This document shows, piece after piece, positions 1 through 7,665 of a stretch of 64,000 nt of DNA. The DNA is from Mycobacteriales bacterium (GTDB taxonomy: Bacteria; Actinomycetota; Actinomycetes; Mycobacteriales; SCTD01). Position 1 is the first letter of the stretch, and the number at the start of each line of letters is the position of its first letter. The position numbers were made by a program, and so were the translations under genes. The DNA is taken from assembly GCA_046593925.1 (NCBI GenBank), contig JBKJQN010000097.1, forward strand, positions 6,273 through 70,272, written 5' to 3'. Below the pieces are notes generated by a model, which was not told where the DNA came from, searched no databases, and saw only the letters and a list, made by a program, of their open reading frames with translations.

Positions 1-308
1 ACGCCCCGCTCGACGATGGAATGAAAGGCGGCACGAGGGTCGTCGCCGAGCAGGTCGCCGTCGTAGGCGGTCCGGCCGACTTCGTCCATCGTGCGGCCGG
101 CCAGCATGTCGGGCATCCACGCCTCGTCGTAGGCGTGGTAGCCCAGCAGCTGCCGCAGGGTCACCCGCTCGTCCGGCGCGGCGTGGCTCGCGAAGGAGAC
201 CGGCAGCACGGTGTCCCACTGGTCGTCACGCACCTGCTGCACCACCCGGTCGAGGGCGCGGTCGGCGAGGACGAAGCTGGCGGTCGGTGTCACGGCGGTC
301 GGTGTCAT
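1..308 (-). CDS. DinB/TIGR03086-like metal-binding protein, N-terminal part only (gene continues past left edge)
   Basis: Hand translation of the reverse strand from ATG at 308 gives MTPTAVTPTASFVLADRALDRVVQQVRDDQWDTVLPVSFASHAAPDERVTLRQLLGYHAYDEAWMPDMLAGRTMDEVG... with high GC3. GGGAG lies 6 nt upstream. It is absent from the ORF track because it has no stop inside the window. The family call is from memory. Confidence 0.5.
   Translation of the reverse strand, partial: MTPTAVTPTASFVLADRALDRVVQQVRDDQWDTVLPVSFASHAAPDERVTLRQLLGYHAYDEAWMPDMLAGRTMDEVGRTAYDGDLLGDDPRAAFHSIVERG
279..308. repeat. 15-bp tandem duplication (GGCGGTCGGTGTCAC / GGCGGTCGGTGTCAT) spanning the start codon
   Basis: Two adjacent 15-mers differ in one base. 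They encode M-TPTA-V-TPTA and give an ATG (308) and an in-frame GTG (293). Confidence 0.9.
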
Positions 309-384
309 GGTGGGCTCCCGGAGGATGGGCACGAGGCGGCTGCCTGGTGCCCGTCTCACGTTAGCCAGCACCTCCGACAGTTTT

Positions 385-410
385 CCACGACCACGACCAC
401 GACCACGACC
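385..410. repeat. Hexanucleotide microsatellite (CCACGA) x4.3 in an intergenic spacer
   Basis: Direct reading gives ccacga ccacga ccacga ccacga cc. It lies between the stop of the 69-aa ORF (417) and the start of the DinB-like gene (308). Confidence 0.95.
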
Positions 411-416
411 GTCTCC

Positions 417-626
417 TCAAGGCACGCTCGGTCGGCTGGCTGCCCTCGGCGGCTTCGTCGGGTCGGCGGAGCTCTGGTCGAGACGGTTGATCAGCTGGCC
501 GCTGGTCGGCGGGAAGGCCGTGGCCGTCGCGCCCTGCACGAAGGAGGCGCCGCGGTCGGTGACGCCTGCGCGCAGCGCGGGGACGATCAGGGCGGCGGCG
601 GTGACCGCGAGCACGGTGCGTCTCAT
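417..626 (-). CDS. Small secreted/membrane-anchored hypothetical protein (69 aa)
   Basis: ATG at 626 is in frame with the tail of track ORF 417..1181. Translation is MRRTVLAVTAAALIVPALRAGVTDRGASFVQGATATAFPPTSGQLINRLDQSSADPTKPPRAASRPSVP. GC3 is near-uniform, and the N-terminus looks like a signal peptide (RR, a hydrophobic run, then ALRA). No clear SD. Confidence 0.5.
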   Translation of the reverse strand: MRRTVLAVTAAALIVPALRAGVTDRGASFVQGATATAFPPTSGQLINRLDQSSADPTKPPRAASRPSVP

Positions 627-687
627 GGTCGTCTGATTCGACGTGCGCGAGGTGACTCCTGCCGGCCGTAGGGGGCACGATGGGACG

Positions 688-1587
688 GTGCCCGAAGGCG
701 ACAGCGTGTGGAAGGCAGCCCGGCGGATGGCCGACGCCCTCGTCGGCCGCACCGTCACCGGCAGCGACTTCCGGGTGCCACAGCACGCGACCGCCGACCT
801 GTCCGGACGGCACGTGCTGGCGTTCGAGTCGGTCGGCAAGCACATGCTGACCCGGTTCAGCGGCGGGATCACCCTGCACACGCACTTCGAGATGGACGGC
901 GCCTGGCAGCTGGTCGCCGCAGGCAAGCGGCTCCCGGCGTCCTTCGACGACGAGGTACGACTGGTGCTGTCAACCGACGGACCGACGGCGTACGCCCTGC
1001 GCATGCCGGTCCTCGAGCTGGTGGAGACCGCGCGCGAGGACGAGGCCGTCGGCCACCTCGGCCCGGACCTGCTCGGCCCGGGCTGGGACGAGGCGGAGGC
1101 GGTACGCCGGCTGTCGGCCGACCCGGACCGCCCCGTCGTCGAGGCGGTCCTGGACCAGAAGAATCTCGCGGGCATCGGCAACCTGTGGGCCGTCGAGACC
1201 TGTTACCTGCGCGGGGTGTCGCCGTGGACCCCGGTGCGCGACATCGACCTGCCGGCCCTGGTGCGCCTGGCCCGGCGGATGCTCAGGCACAGCATCGAGC
1301 ACCCCGGCCAGGTGACGACCGGCGACACCCGCCGCGGGCAGACCCACTGGGTGTACGGCCGCGCCGAGCGACCGTGCCGGCGCTGCGGCACACCGGTGGG
1401 CTTCCGGGACAGCAACGGCCTGCCGTACGGCCGCGAGACGTGGTGGTGCCCGTCCTGCCAGCCGGGGCCCTACCCCACGCTCGCCGAGCGACCGACCCGG
1501 GCGGGGCTGCGCCGCGGGGTCAACGAGGAGAGCTTCGGCTCGCGCAGCCGGCGGCTGCGGGGCTCGGCCGGCCTCTCGCGGGGTTGA
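688..1587 (+). CDS. nei: Fpg/Nei family DNA glycosylase (endonuclease VIII-like), paralogue A
   Basis: GTG at 688 gives the (M)PEGDSVW N-terminus (catalytic Pro2/Glu3). An H2TH region (LDQKNLAGIGNLW) and a C-terminal zinc finger (CRRCGTPV...WWCPSCQ) are present. The track ORF 643..1587 was trimmed to the family-typical start. Confidence 0.9.
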   Translation: MPEGDSVWKAARRMADALVGRTVTGSDFRVPQHATADLSGRHVLAFESVGKHMLTRFSGGITLHTHFEMDGAWQLVAAGKRLPASFDDEVRLVLSTDGPTAYALRMPVLELVETAREDEAVGHLGPDLLGPGWDEAEAVRRLSADPDRPVVEAVLDQKNLAGIGNLWAVETCYLRGVSPWTPVRDIDLPALVRLARRMLRHSIEHPGQVTTGDTRRGQTHWVYGRAERPCRRCGTPVGFRDSNGLPYGRETWWCPSCQPGPYPTLAERPTRAGLRRGVNEESFGSRSRRLRGSAGLSRG

Positions 1588-1629
1588 GCGCCTGTCGCGT
1601 GCCCAGCGGACGACGGGGATCATGGCGCC

Positions 1630-1950
1630 ATGCAGCCGGTCGTGGGTCAGGTCGTCACGGTGTTCCGCTCGCGACTGCGCCCGGACGCCGTCCAGGCGTA
1701 CTCAGGCGACGCCGAGCAGGTCGCGGAGCTCGCGCGCGGCATGCCGGGCTACGTCGAGCACAAGATCTTCGTCGCCGACGACGGCGAGCGGGTGACGGTG
1801 GTGACCTTCGCGGACGAGCAGTCGCACCGCGGCTGGCGCGACCACCCGGGCCACCGGGCCGCCCAGCGGCGGGGCATCGACAGCTACTACGAGGCGTACT
1901 CGATCCAGGTCGGTACGACGGCGTACGCCAGCGCCTTCACGCATGCCTGA
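1630..1950 (+). CDS. Antibiotic biosynthesis monooxygenase (ABM) domain protein
   Basis: 106 aa ORF of single ABM/ferredoxin-like size: VTVFRSRLRPDA...GYVEHKIFVADDGERVTVVTFADEQSHRGWRDHPGH. It sits between the two nei genes, and its stop overlaps the next start (ATGCCTGA). Confidence 0.7.
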   Translation: MQPVVGQVVTVFRSRLRPDAVQAYSGDAEQVAELARGMPGYVEHKIFVADDGERVTVVTFADEQSHRGWRDHPGHRAAQRRGIDSYYEAYSIQVGTTAYASAFTHA

Positions 1951-2797
1951 GGGCGACACCGTCTGGCTGGCTGCCCGGCGGCTGCACGAGGCACTCGCCG
2001 GCCGCGCCCTGACCCGCTCGGACTTCCGGGTACCTGCCTTCGCGACCGCCGACCTGACGGGTCGGGAGGTGCTCGAGGTCGTCCCGCGCGGCAAGCACCT
2101 GCTGACCAGACTGGCCGGCGGGCTCACCCTGCACACGCACTTCCGGATGGACGGCAGCTGGCACCTGTACCGCCCTGGCGACCGCTGGACCGGCGGCCCG
2201 CACTGGCAGGTGCGCGTCGTGCTGGAGAACCCGGAGTGGCACGCCGTGGGCTACCGGCTGCCGGTCGTCGAGCTGCTGCCGACCGGCGAGGAGGCCCGCG
2301 TGGTCGGTCACCTCGGGCCGGATGTGCTGGACGACGCCTTCGACGAGGCCGAGGCGCTGCAGCGGCTGGCCTGCGAACCCGAACGCGAGATCGGGATGGC
2401 GCTGCTGGACCAGCGGCTGCTCGCTGGTCTGGGCAACCTCTACCGCTGCGAGGTGCTGTTCCTGCGCGGGCTCACGCCCTGGGCGCACGTGGGCGAGGTC
2501 GCCGACCTTCCAGCGGTGGTGCGGGCGGCGCGCCGGCTGATGCGGGCCAACCGTGGGCACTGGGAGCAGACGACCACCGGCTCGCTGCGCCGCGGCGAGG
2601 ACCACTGGGTCTTCGAGCGCACCGGCCGCCCGTGCCGGCGCTGCGGCACGCGGGTCGTGTCGGCGGAGCAGGGCGACGCGCCGTACGCCCGGCTGACCTA
2701 CTGGTGCCCGCACTGCCAGCCCGGGCGGTCGGCCTTGCCGCCGTCCGCCTCGGCCCGGGCGCCCCGCCCGGCGGGCCGAACCCGCTACGCGCCCTGA
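1943..2797 (+). CDS. nei: Fpg/Nei family DNA glycosylase (endonuclease VIII-like), paralogue B
   Basis: MPEGDTVW N-terminus, LDQRLLAGLGNLY H2TH motif, and zinc finger CRRCGTRV...YWCPHCQ. Roughly half of its positions are identical to paralogue A by eye. Confidence 0.9.
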   Translation: MPEGDTVWLAARRLHEALAGRALTRSDFRVPAFATADLTGREVLEVVPRGKHLLTRLAGGLTLHTHFRMDGSWHLYRPGDRWTGGPHWQVRVVLENPEWHAVGYRLPVVELLPTGEEARVVGHLGPDVLDDAFDEAEALQRLACEPEREIGMALLDQRLLAGLGNLYRCEVLFLRGLTPWAHVGEVADLPAVVRAARRLMRANRGHWEQTTTGSLRRGEDHWVFERTGRPCRRCGTRVVSAEQGDAPYARLTYWCPHCQPGRSALPPSASARAPRPAGRTRYAP

Positions 2798-2841
2798 GCC
2801 CGGTCAGACCTTCCGGCACCCGGCACGTGACGCCGGCACCC

Positions 2842-3654
2842 CTACGACGTGGAGCCGTCCGAGGCCGCGGCGTCGCCGGGCACCGGCTTGCTGAGCTGCG
2901 GGGCGGTCGAGGCCGGCGGTGGCGAGAGCTGGTTGCCGGCGATGCTCTGCCGGATCTGGTCCAGGCGCGATGCGCCAGCCATGTCCAGGGTGCTCTTCTG
3001 TACCTCGAGCATCCGGCCCTCGACGCTGTTGGACGCGAGCTCGGCCGAGCCGAGCGCCCGGGCGTAACGCGACTCGATCTTGTCGCGGACCTCGGCGAGC
3101 GACGGGGTGTTGCCCGGCGCGGACAGCGCCGACATCGACTGCAGACTGGCCGAGACCTGCTCCTGCATCTTGGCCTGCTCGAGCTGGCTGAGCAGCTGGG
3201 TGCGCTCCGCCAGCTTGCTCTGCACCGTCATCGCGTTGGTCTCGACGGCCTTCTTGGCCTGCTCGGCGGCCTGCAGCGCCGAGTCATGCAAGCTCTTCAG
3301 GTCCTCCATCGACTGCTCGGCGCTGACCAGCTGCGTCGCGAAGGCCTGGGCGGTCTGCTCGAACTGGGTCGCGCCGGCCTCGTCGCCGGCTGTCCGCTTC
3401 TGGTCGGCGAGCACCAGCGACTGCCGGGCGGAGGACTGCAGCTTCTCGACATCCGTCATCTGCCGGGCCAGCTTCATCTCCAGCTGACGCTGGTTGCCGA
3501 TCACGGCCGCGGCCTGCTGGGTCAGCTGCTGGTGCTGGCGCTGCGCGTCCTCGATGGCCTGCTGAATCTGGATCTTGGGGTCGGCCCGCTCATCGATCTT
3601 CGCGCCGAAGGCCGCCAGCAGGTACTTCCAGCCCTTGACGAAGGGGTTGGCCAT
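2842..3654 (-). CDS. pspA: PspA/IM30 family membrane-stress protein
   Basis: [44 protein letters not shown]... followed by a long coiled-coil. ATG at 3654 is preceded by AGGAG at 6 nt. The upstream 16 codons of the track ORF were dropped. Confidence 0.9.
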   Translation of the reverse strand: MANPFVKGWKYLLAAFGAKIDERADPKIQIQQAIEDAQRQHQQLTQQAAAVIGNQRQLEMKLARQMTDVEKLQSSARQSLVLADQKRTAGDEAGATQFEQTAQAFATQLVSAEQSMEDLKSLHDSALQAAEQAKKAVETNAMTVQSKLAERTQLLSQLEQAKMQEQVSASLQSMSALSAPGNTPSLAEVRDKIESRYARALGSAELASNSVEGRMLEVQKSTLDMAGASRLDQIRQSIAGNQLSPPPASTAPQLSKPVPGDAAASDGSTS

Positions 3655-3744
3655 CGATTGCTCCTGTGCGTCGGTGCGGGCCGCCGGTTCGGCGCTGCCC
3701 ACCAGTCTGTCAGCCCTGGCGTCCGGCGACTGCGTGGCAGCCAG

Positions 3745-4125
3745 TCAGGCTGCGGCCACGACGTCGCGCGAGCGACGAGCCCGGACCGGCTCCAGCGCTC
3801 CCACGGCCGACGGCGCAGGGTTCGGTACGACGACCGGCCGGCTCCTGGGCTGCCCGAGCGCTTCCCCGGCGGCCACGGGGACCGGCTCCGGCTCGAGGGC
3901 CGACAGCGACTCGCTGACTTCGCGCAGGACGTCGGACAGCCGGACACCGAGGGCGCGGCAGATGCTGGCCAGGAGTTCGGAGGACGCCTCCTTCTGACCG
4001 CGCTCGACCTCGGAGAGGTAGCCCAGGCTGACCCTGGCGGCAGCTCTGACCTCGCGCAGCGTGCGGTCCTGCCGCAGCCGGGTAGTGCGCAGGGCCTCGC
4101 CGATGAGGGTGCGGAGCACCGCCAC
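3745..4125 (-). CDS. clgR: ClgR-like XRE-family helix-turn-helix transcriptional regulator
   Basis: HTH core [47 protein letters not shown], directly upstream of pspA as in Mtb clgR-pspA. GTG at 4125 has GGGAGG 7 nt upstream; a GTG at 4134 is also possible. The rest of track ORF 3745..4563 overlaps cinA and is rejected. Confidence 0.8.
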   Translation of the reverse strand: MAVLRTLIGEALRTTRLRQDRTLREVRAAARVSLGYLSEVERGQKEASSELLASICRALGVRLSDVLREVSESLSALEPEPVPVAAGEALGQPRSRPVVVPNPAPSAVGALEPVRARRSRDVVAAA

Positions 4126-4210
4126 CTGCCTCACCTCCCGCGCTCGACGACCGTGTCCGCCAACGTACCCGCAGCCTGTGACGATGCCACCGAGGCCGCG
4201 CGGTGTCCGC

Positions 4211-5485
4211 TCAGGGCACAGCGGGCCCCGAGGTCTGCAGGCAGCGCCGCAACAGGTCCAGCCCGGCGGTGACGGCCAGCACCCGGACCCGCTCGCGGTC
4301 ACCGGGCACGTGGATGCTGCGCACCCGGCTGCCGGCCGGCCCGGCGACGCAGACGTGGATCGTGCCGACCGACTTGCCCTCCTGCTCGTCGGGCCCCGCC
4401 ACGCCGGTGGTCGAGATGGCCCAGTCGGCGCCGAGCCGGGTCCGGGCGCCCTCGGCCAGCGCCTTGGCGGTCTGCTCGGAGACCGCTCCGTAGGCACCGA
4501 GAATCTCATTGGGGACCCCGGCGACCGAGGCCTTCGCGTCGGTGGCGTAGACGACCAGGCCACCGCGGTAGGTGACAGAGGACCCCGGCCGCTCCGACAG
4601 CGCGGCGCCGAGCAGTCCGCCGGTCAGCGACTCAGCCGTTGCCACCGTCTGGCCGCGCTCGGTCAGTAGCCGCGCCACGACGCCCGGCAGCGTCTCGTCG
4701 TCGCGGCCGAACACATCGTCTCCGAGCGCCGCGGCGCAGGCCTCGACGAGCGGCTCGAGAACCACAGGGTCGCCGGCTGTCGTCAACCGAACTCGTACGA
4801 TGCCGCCGCCGGCGAGGTAGGCCAGGTCGACGCCGGCGGGCAGCTGCACGGTCGCCTCGACGAGCTCGGCGACGCTGCTCTCGCCGGTGCCGGCGCAACG
4901 CAAGGTGCGGGTGGTGAGGACGGCGCCGGTACGGCTCGCCAGCTCGGGCAGCAGGTGCAGCTGCGCGACGGCCCGCATCTCGTGCGGCGGACCGGGCAGC
5001 GCCACCACGAGCCGCCCGTCGATCAGCATGCGCAGCCCAGGGGCGCTGCCCACCGGGTTGTACAGCGCCTGCGCACCCCGCGGCACGTCGGCCTGCCGGA
5101 GTACCTGCGCGGGCATCTCGAAGCCGTACGACGCGAAACGGTCGCGCAGCTCCTGCTCCAGCTCGGGCAGACGCTCCAGCGGCGCCCCCGCGACCAGGGC
5201 TAAGGCGTCGCGAGTCAGGTCGTCACTGGTCGGGCCGAGCCCACCGGTCAGGACGACGACGTCGGCGTCCTGCATGGCCCGCCCCAGGGCGGTCGCTAGC
5301 CGCGGCACGTCGTCGCCGACCATCGCGGAGTGCACGACGAGCACGCCGACCCCCGCGAGGGCCTCGCCGAGCCAGGCCGCGTTGCTGTTGACGATGTCGC
5401 CCAGCAGCAGCTCGTCACCGACGGCGAGCACCGCCCCGGTCAGCCCCGGGCTCAGGTCTGCCGCCGTCAGGTCTGCCGCCGTCAT
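4211..5485 (-). CDS. cinA: CinA family protein (MoCF-like domain plus nicotinamide-nucleotide amidase PncC-like domain)
   Basis: [27 protein letters not shown]-terminal motif, with a C-terminal CinA/PncC domain ([17 protein letters not shown]). ATG at 5485 lies 1 nt after the pgsA stop. The first 10 codons are a duplicated TAADL unit. Confidence 0.9.
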   Translation of the reverse strand: MTAADLTAADLSPGLTGAVLAVGDELLLGDIVNSNAAWLGEALAGVGVLVVHSAMVGDDVPRLATALGRAMQDADVVVLTGGLGPTSDDLTRDALALVAGAPLERLPELEQELRDRFASYGFEMPAQVLRQADVPRGAQALYNPVGSAPGLRMLIDGRLVVALPGPPHEMRAVAQLHLLPELASRTGAVLTTRTLRCAGTGESSVAELVEATVQLPAGVDLAYLAGGGIVRVRLTTAGDPVVLEPLVEACAAALGDDVFGRDDETLPGVVARLLTERGQTVATAESLTGGLLGAALSERPGSSVTYRGGLVVYATDAKASVAGVPNEILGAYGAVSEQTAKALAEGARTRLGADWAISTTGVAGPDEQEGKSVGTIHVCVAGPAGSRVRSIHVPGDRERVRVLAVTAGLDLLRRCLQTSGPAVP

Positions 5486-5501
5486 GTCAGGTCTGCCGTG
5501 G
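5452..5501. repeat. Three copies of a 15-mer (TCAGGTCTGCCGNNG) across the pgsA stop / cinA start junction
   Basis: Copies lie at 5452-5466, 5467-5481 and 5487-5501. Copy 3 contains the pgsA stop codon, and copies 1-2 encode [10 protein letters not shown] of CinA. Confidence 0.9.
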
Positions 5502-6149
5502 GCGGCTTGCAGCAGCCTGGCGGGCGCGCTTCAGGTCCGCCCGGGGGCTGGTCCGGCGGAGCGTGACGGCGCGGGAGACGTAGTCGGCGCCGGACACCAG
5601 GGTGACGATCACCGCGAGCGACATGACGTACGCCCGACCGCTCGCGAGCGGGCCGGTCAGCGGTAGCACGTACAGCCCGATCGCCAGACTCTGCAGCAGG
5701 GTCTTGAGTTTCCCGCCACGGCTGGCCGGCATGATGCCGTGCCGGATGACCACGAAGCGCAGCACGGTGACGCCGACCTCGCGAACGATCACCACGGCAG
5801 TGACGACCCACGACAGCTCGTCGAGCAGCGACAGCCCGACCAGCGCCGTCCCGGTCAGCGCCTTGTCCGCGATCGGGTCGGCCAGCTTGCCGAAGGACGT
5901 CACGAGCCCGTGCCGGCGGGCCAGCTGACCGTCGATGCGGTCGGTGTACGAGGCCAGCGCGAATACCGCGCAGGCCGCAATCCGGTAGCCCCGGTCCGTG
6001 CCGTCACCGGCCAGCAGCAGTGCGGCGAACACCGGCACCAGCAGCATCCGCAGCACGGTCAGCGCGTTGGCGATGTTCAGTGTGCTGGCCGGTGAGGGCG
6101 GGTCGGCCAGCGGGTCGAGCGGACCCGCGGCGGTGCTCACGGGCAGCAC
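5487..6149 (-). CDS. pgsA: CDP-diacylglycerol--glycerol-3-phosphate 3-phosphatidyltransferase
   Basis: CDP-alcohol phosphatidyltransferase motif SYTDRIDGQLARRHGLVTSFGKLADPIADK. The track ORF start (6386) overlaps rimO, so it was trimmed to an in-frame GTG just downstream of the rimO stop (6149, or 6140). The exact start is uncertain. Confidence 0.85.
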   Translation of the reverse strand: MLPVSTAAGPLDPLADPPSPASTLNIANALTVLRMLLVPVFAALLLAGDGTDRGYRIAACAVFALASYTDRIDGQLARRHGLVTSFGKLADPIADKALTGTALVGLSLLDELSWVVTAVVIVREVGVTVLRFVVIRHGIMPASRGGKLKTLLQSLAIGLYVLPLTGPLASGRAYVMSLAVIVTLVSGADYVSRAVTLRRTSPRADLKRARQAAASRPRQT

Positions 6150-6219
6150 CCGATGGCCGGGCCGACCCTGGTCGGGCTGGTCGGGGCAGGCGGCCGGCTG
6201 GTGCCGGGCGGGCCGGGAC

Positions 6220-7617
6220 TCACACGACCGCGGGGACCCGGACGGGGTCTGCGACCAGGTCGACGCCCTCGGACCCAGTGACGACCGCCCACACCAGGCT
6301 GCCGACCCGATGGCCGGCGGTGAGCAGCTGCGTGCTGCCGTCGACCTCGGGGGCCTGGTGCGCGGCCCGACCCTCGCCGTCGGCACTGTCGACGAGCACC
6401 TCGACGAGCTCGCCCACCCGCTCCTCGGCCCGCTGGGAGGTCAGCTCCTCGGCGAGCGAGGACAGCCGCGCGACGCGCTCGTCGACGACGTCCTGAGAAA
6501 GGTGGTCGGGCAGCCGCTCCGCCTCGGTGCCGTCCTCGTCGGAGTAGCCGAACACGCCGATCGCGTCTAGCCCCGCGGCGCACAGGAAGCGCTCGAGCTC
6601 GACGACGTCGGCTTCGGTCTCGCCCGGGAAGCCGACGATGACGTTGCTGCGGACCCCGGCGGCAGGGCTGGCTGCGCGCACTGTCGCGAGCAGGTCCAGG
6701 AAGCGGTCGGTGTCGCCGAACCGCCGCATCCGGCGCAGCAGCGGCCCGGAGGCGTGCTGGAAGCTCATGTCGAAGTACGGCACCACTCCGGGGGTGCCGG
6801 TCAGCACCTCGATCAGGGAGGGCCGCATCTCCGCGGGCTGTAGATACGACAGCCGCACCCGGTCGATGCCGTCCAGCGCGGCCAGCTCGGGGAGCAGCGT
6901 CTCCAGCAGCCGCAGGTCACCGAGGTCCTTGCCGTACGACGTGGAGTTCTCGCTCACCAGCACCAGCTCGCGGACGCCGTGCTCGCCGAGCCAGCGGGCC
7001 TCGGCGATGACGTCCGAGGGACGGCGCGACACGAAGGCGCCCCGAAAGCTCGGGATGGCGCAGAAGGCGCACCGCCGGTCGCAGCCGGACGCGAGCTTCA
7101 GCGGTGCGACCGGGCCGCCCGCCAGCCGTCGGCGCAGGACGGTCGGGCCGCCGGCGTGCCCGGGCAGCCCGACGTCGACCACGGCCACGGGCTCCTGCCG
7201 GGCGACCGGGCTGAGCGGCAGCAGCCGGCGGCGGTCACCGGGGGTGTGCGAGGGGACGGTCGCGCCGTCGAGGACAGCCTGCAGGTGGGTCGACAGGTCG
7301 GCGTAGGAGTCGAAGCCGAGCACCGCGTCGGCCTCCGGCAGCTGCTCGGCGAGGTCCTTGCCGTAGCGCTCGGCGAGGCAGCCGACGGCCACCACCTTCG
7401 CGCCGGTCTCGCTGGCGGCGAGCAGCGTGTCAATCGAGTCCTTCTTGGCGGCCGCGACGAAGCCGCAGGTGTTGACGAGCGCGACGTCGGTCGGCTCACT
7501 GTCTGCCACGAGTGTCCAGCCGGCTGCTTCGAGCCGGCCGGCCAGCTCCTCGGAGTCGACCTCGTTGCGCGCGCAGCCCAGGGTGGTGAGCGAAACTCGG
7601 CGCGGGGAGGTCACCAC
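6220..7617 (-). CDS. rimO: Radical-SAM methylthiotransferase, RimO type (ribosomal protein S12 methylthiotransferase)
   Basis: N-terminal UPF0004 domain ([14 protein letters not shown]), radical [14 protein letters not shown], and a C-terminal TRAM-like region. Its position upstream of pgsA is typical of actinobacterial rimO. Membership of the MiaB/RimO family is certain; the RimO subtype is likely. Confidence 0.8.
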   Translation of the reverse strand: MVTSPRRVSLTTLGCARNEVDSEELAGRLEAAGWTLVADSEPTDVALVNTCGFVAAAKKDSIDTLLAASETGAKVVAVGCLAERYGKDLAEQLPEADAVLGFDSYADLSTHLQAVLDGATVPSHTPGDRRRLLPLSPVARQEPVAVVDVGLPGHAGGPTVLRRRLAGGPVAPLKLASGCDRRCAFCAIPSFRGAFVSRRPSDVIAEARWLGEHGVRELVLVSENSTSYGKDLGDLRLLETLLPELAALDGIDRVRLSYLQPAEMRPSLIEVLTGTPGVVPYFDMSFQHASGPLLRRMRRFGDTDRFLDLLATVRAASPAAGVRSNVIVGFPGETEADVVELERFLCAAGLDAIGVFGYSDEDGTEAERLPDHLSQDVVDERVARLSSLAEELTSQRAEERVGELVEVLVDSADGEGRAAHQAPEVDGSTQLLTAGHRVGSLVWAVVTGSEGVDLVADPVRVPAVV

Positions 7618-7665
7618 GTCACTGTAGGCGCGGTGCCGGGCCAGACCAGGTCGACGACGGCGGGC

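Noticed and set aside
3655-4210. ClgR operator sites upstream of pspA and clgR
   Set aside because: A palindrome CGCCGAACCGGCG was found upstream of pspA, and two GCGGACAC direct repeats upstream of clgR. Neither fits the remembered ClgR consensus (CGC-N5-GCG with flanking A/T), so support is insufficient.
2236-4272. 678-aa plus-strand ORF spanning nei-B, pspA and clgR
   Set aside because: It runs through three well-supported genes on both strands, and its composition is low-complexity Arg/Gly/Leu.
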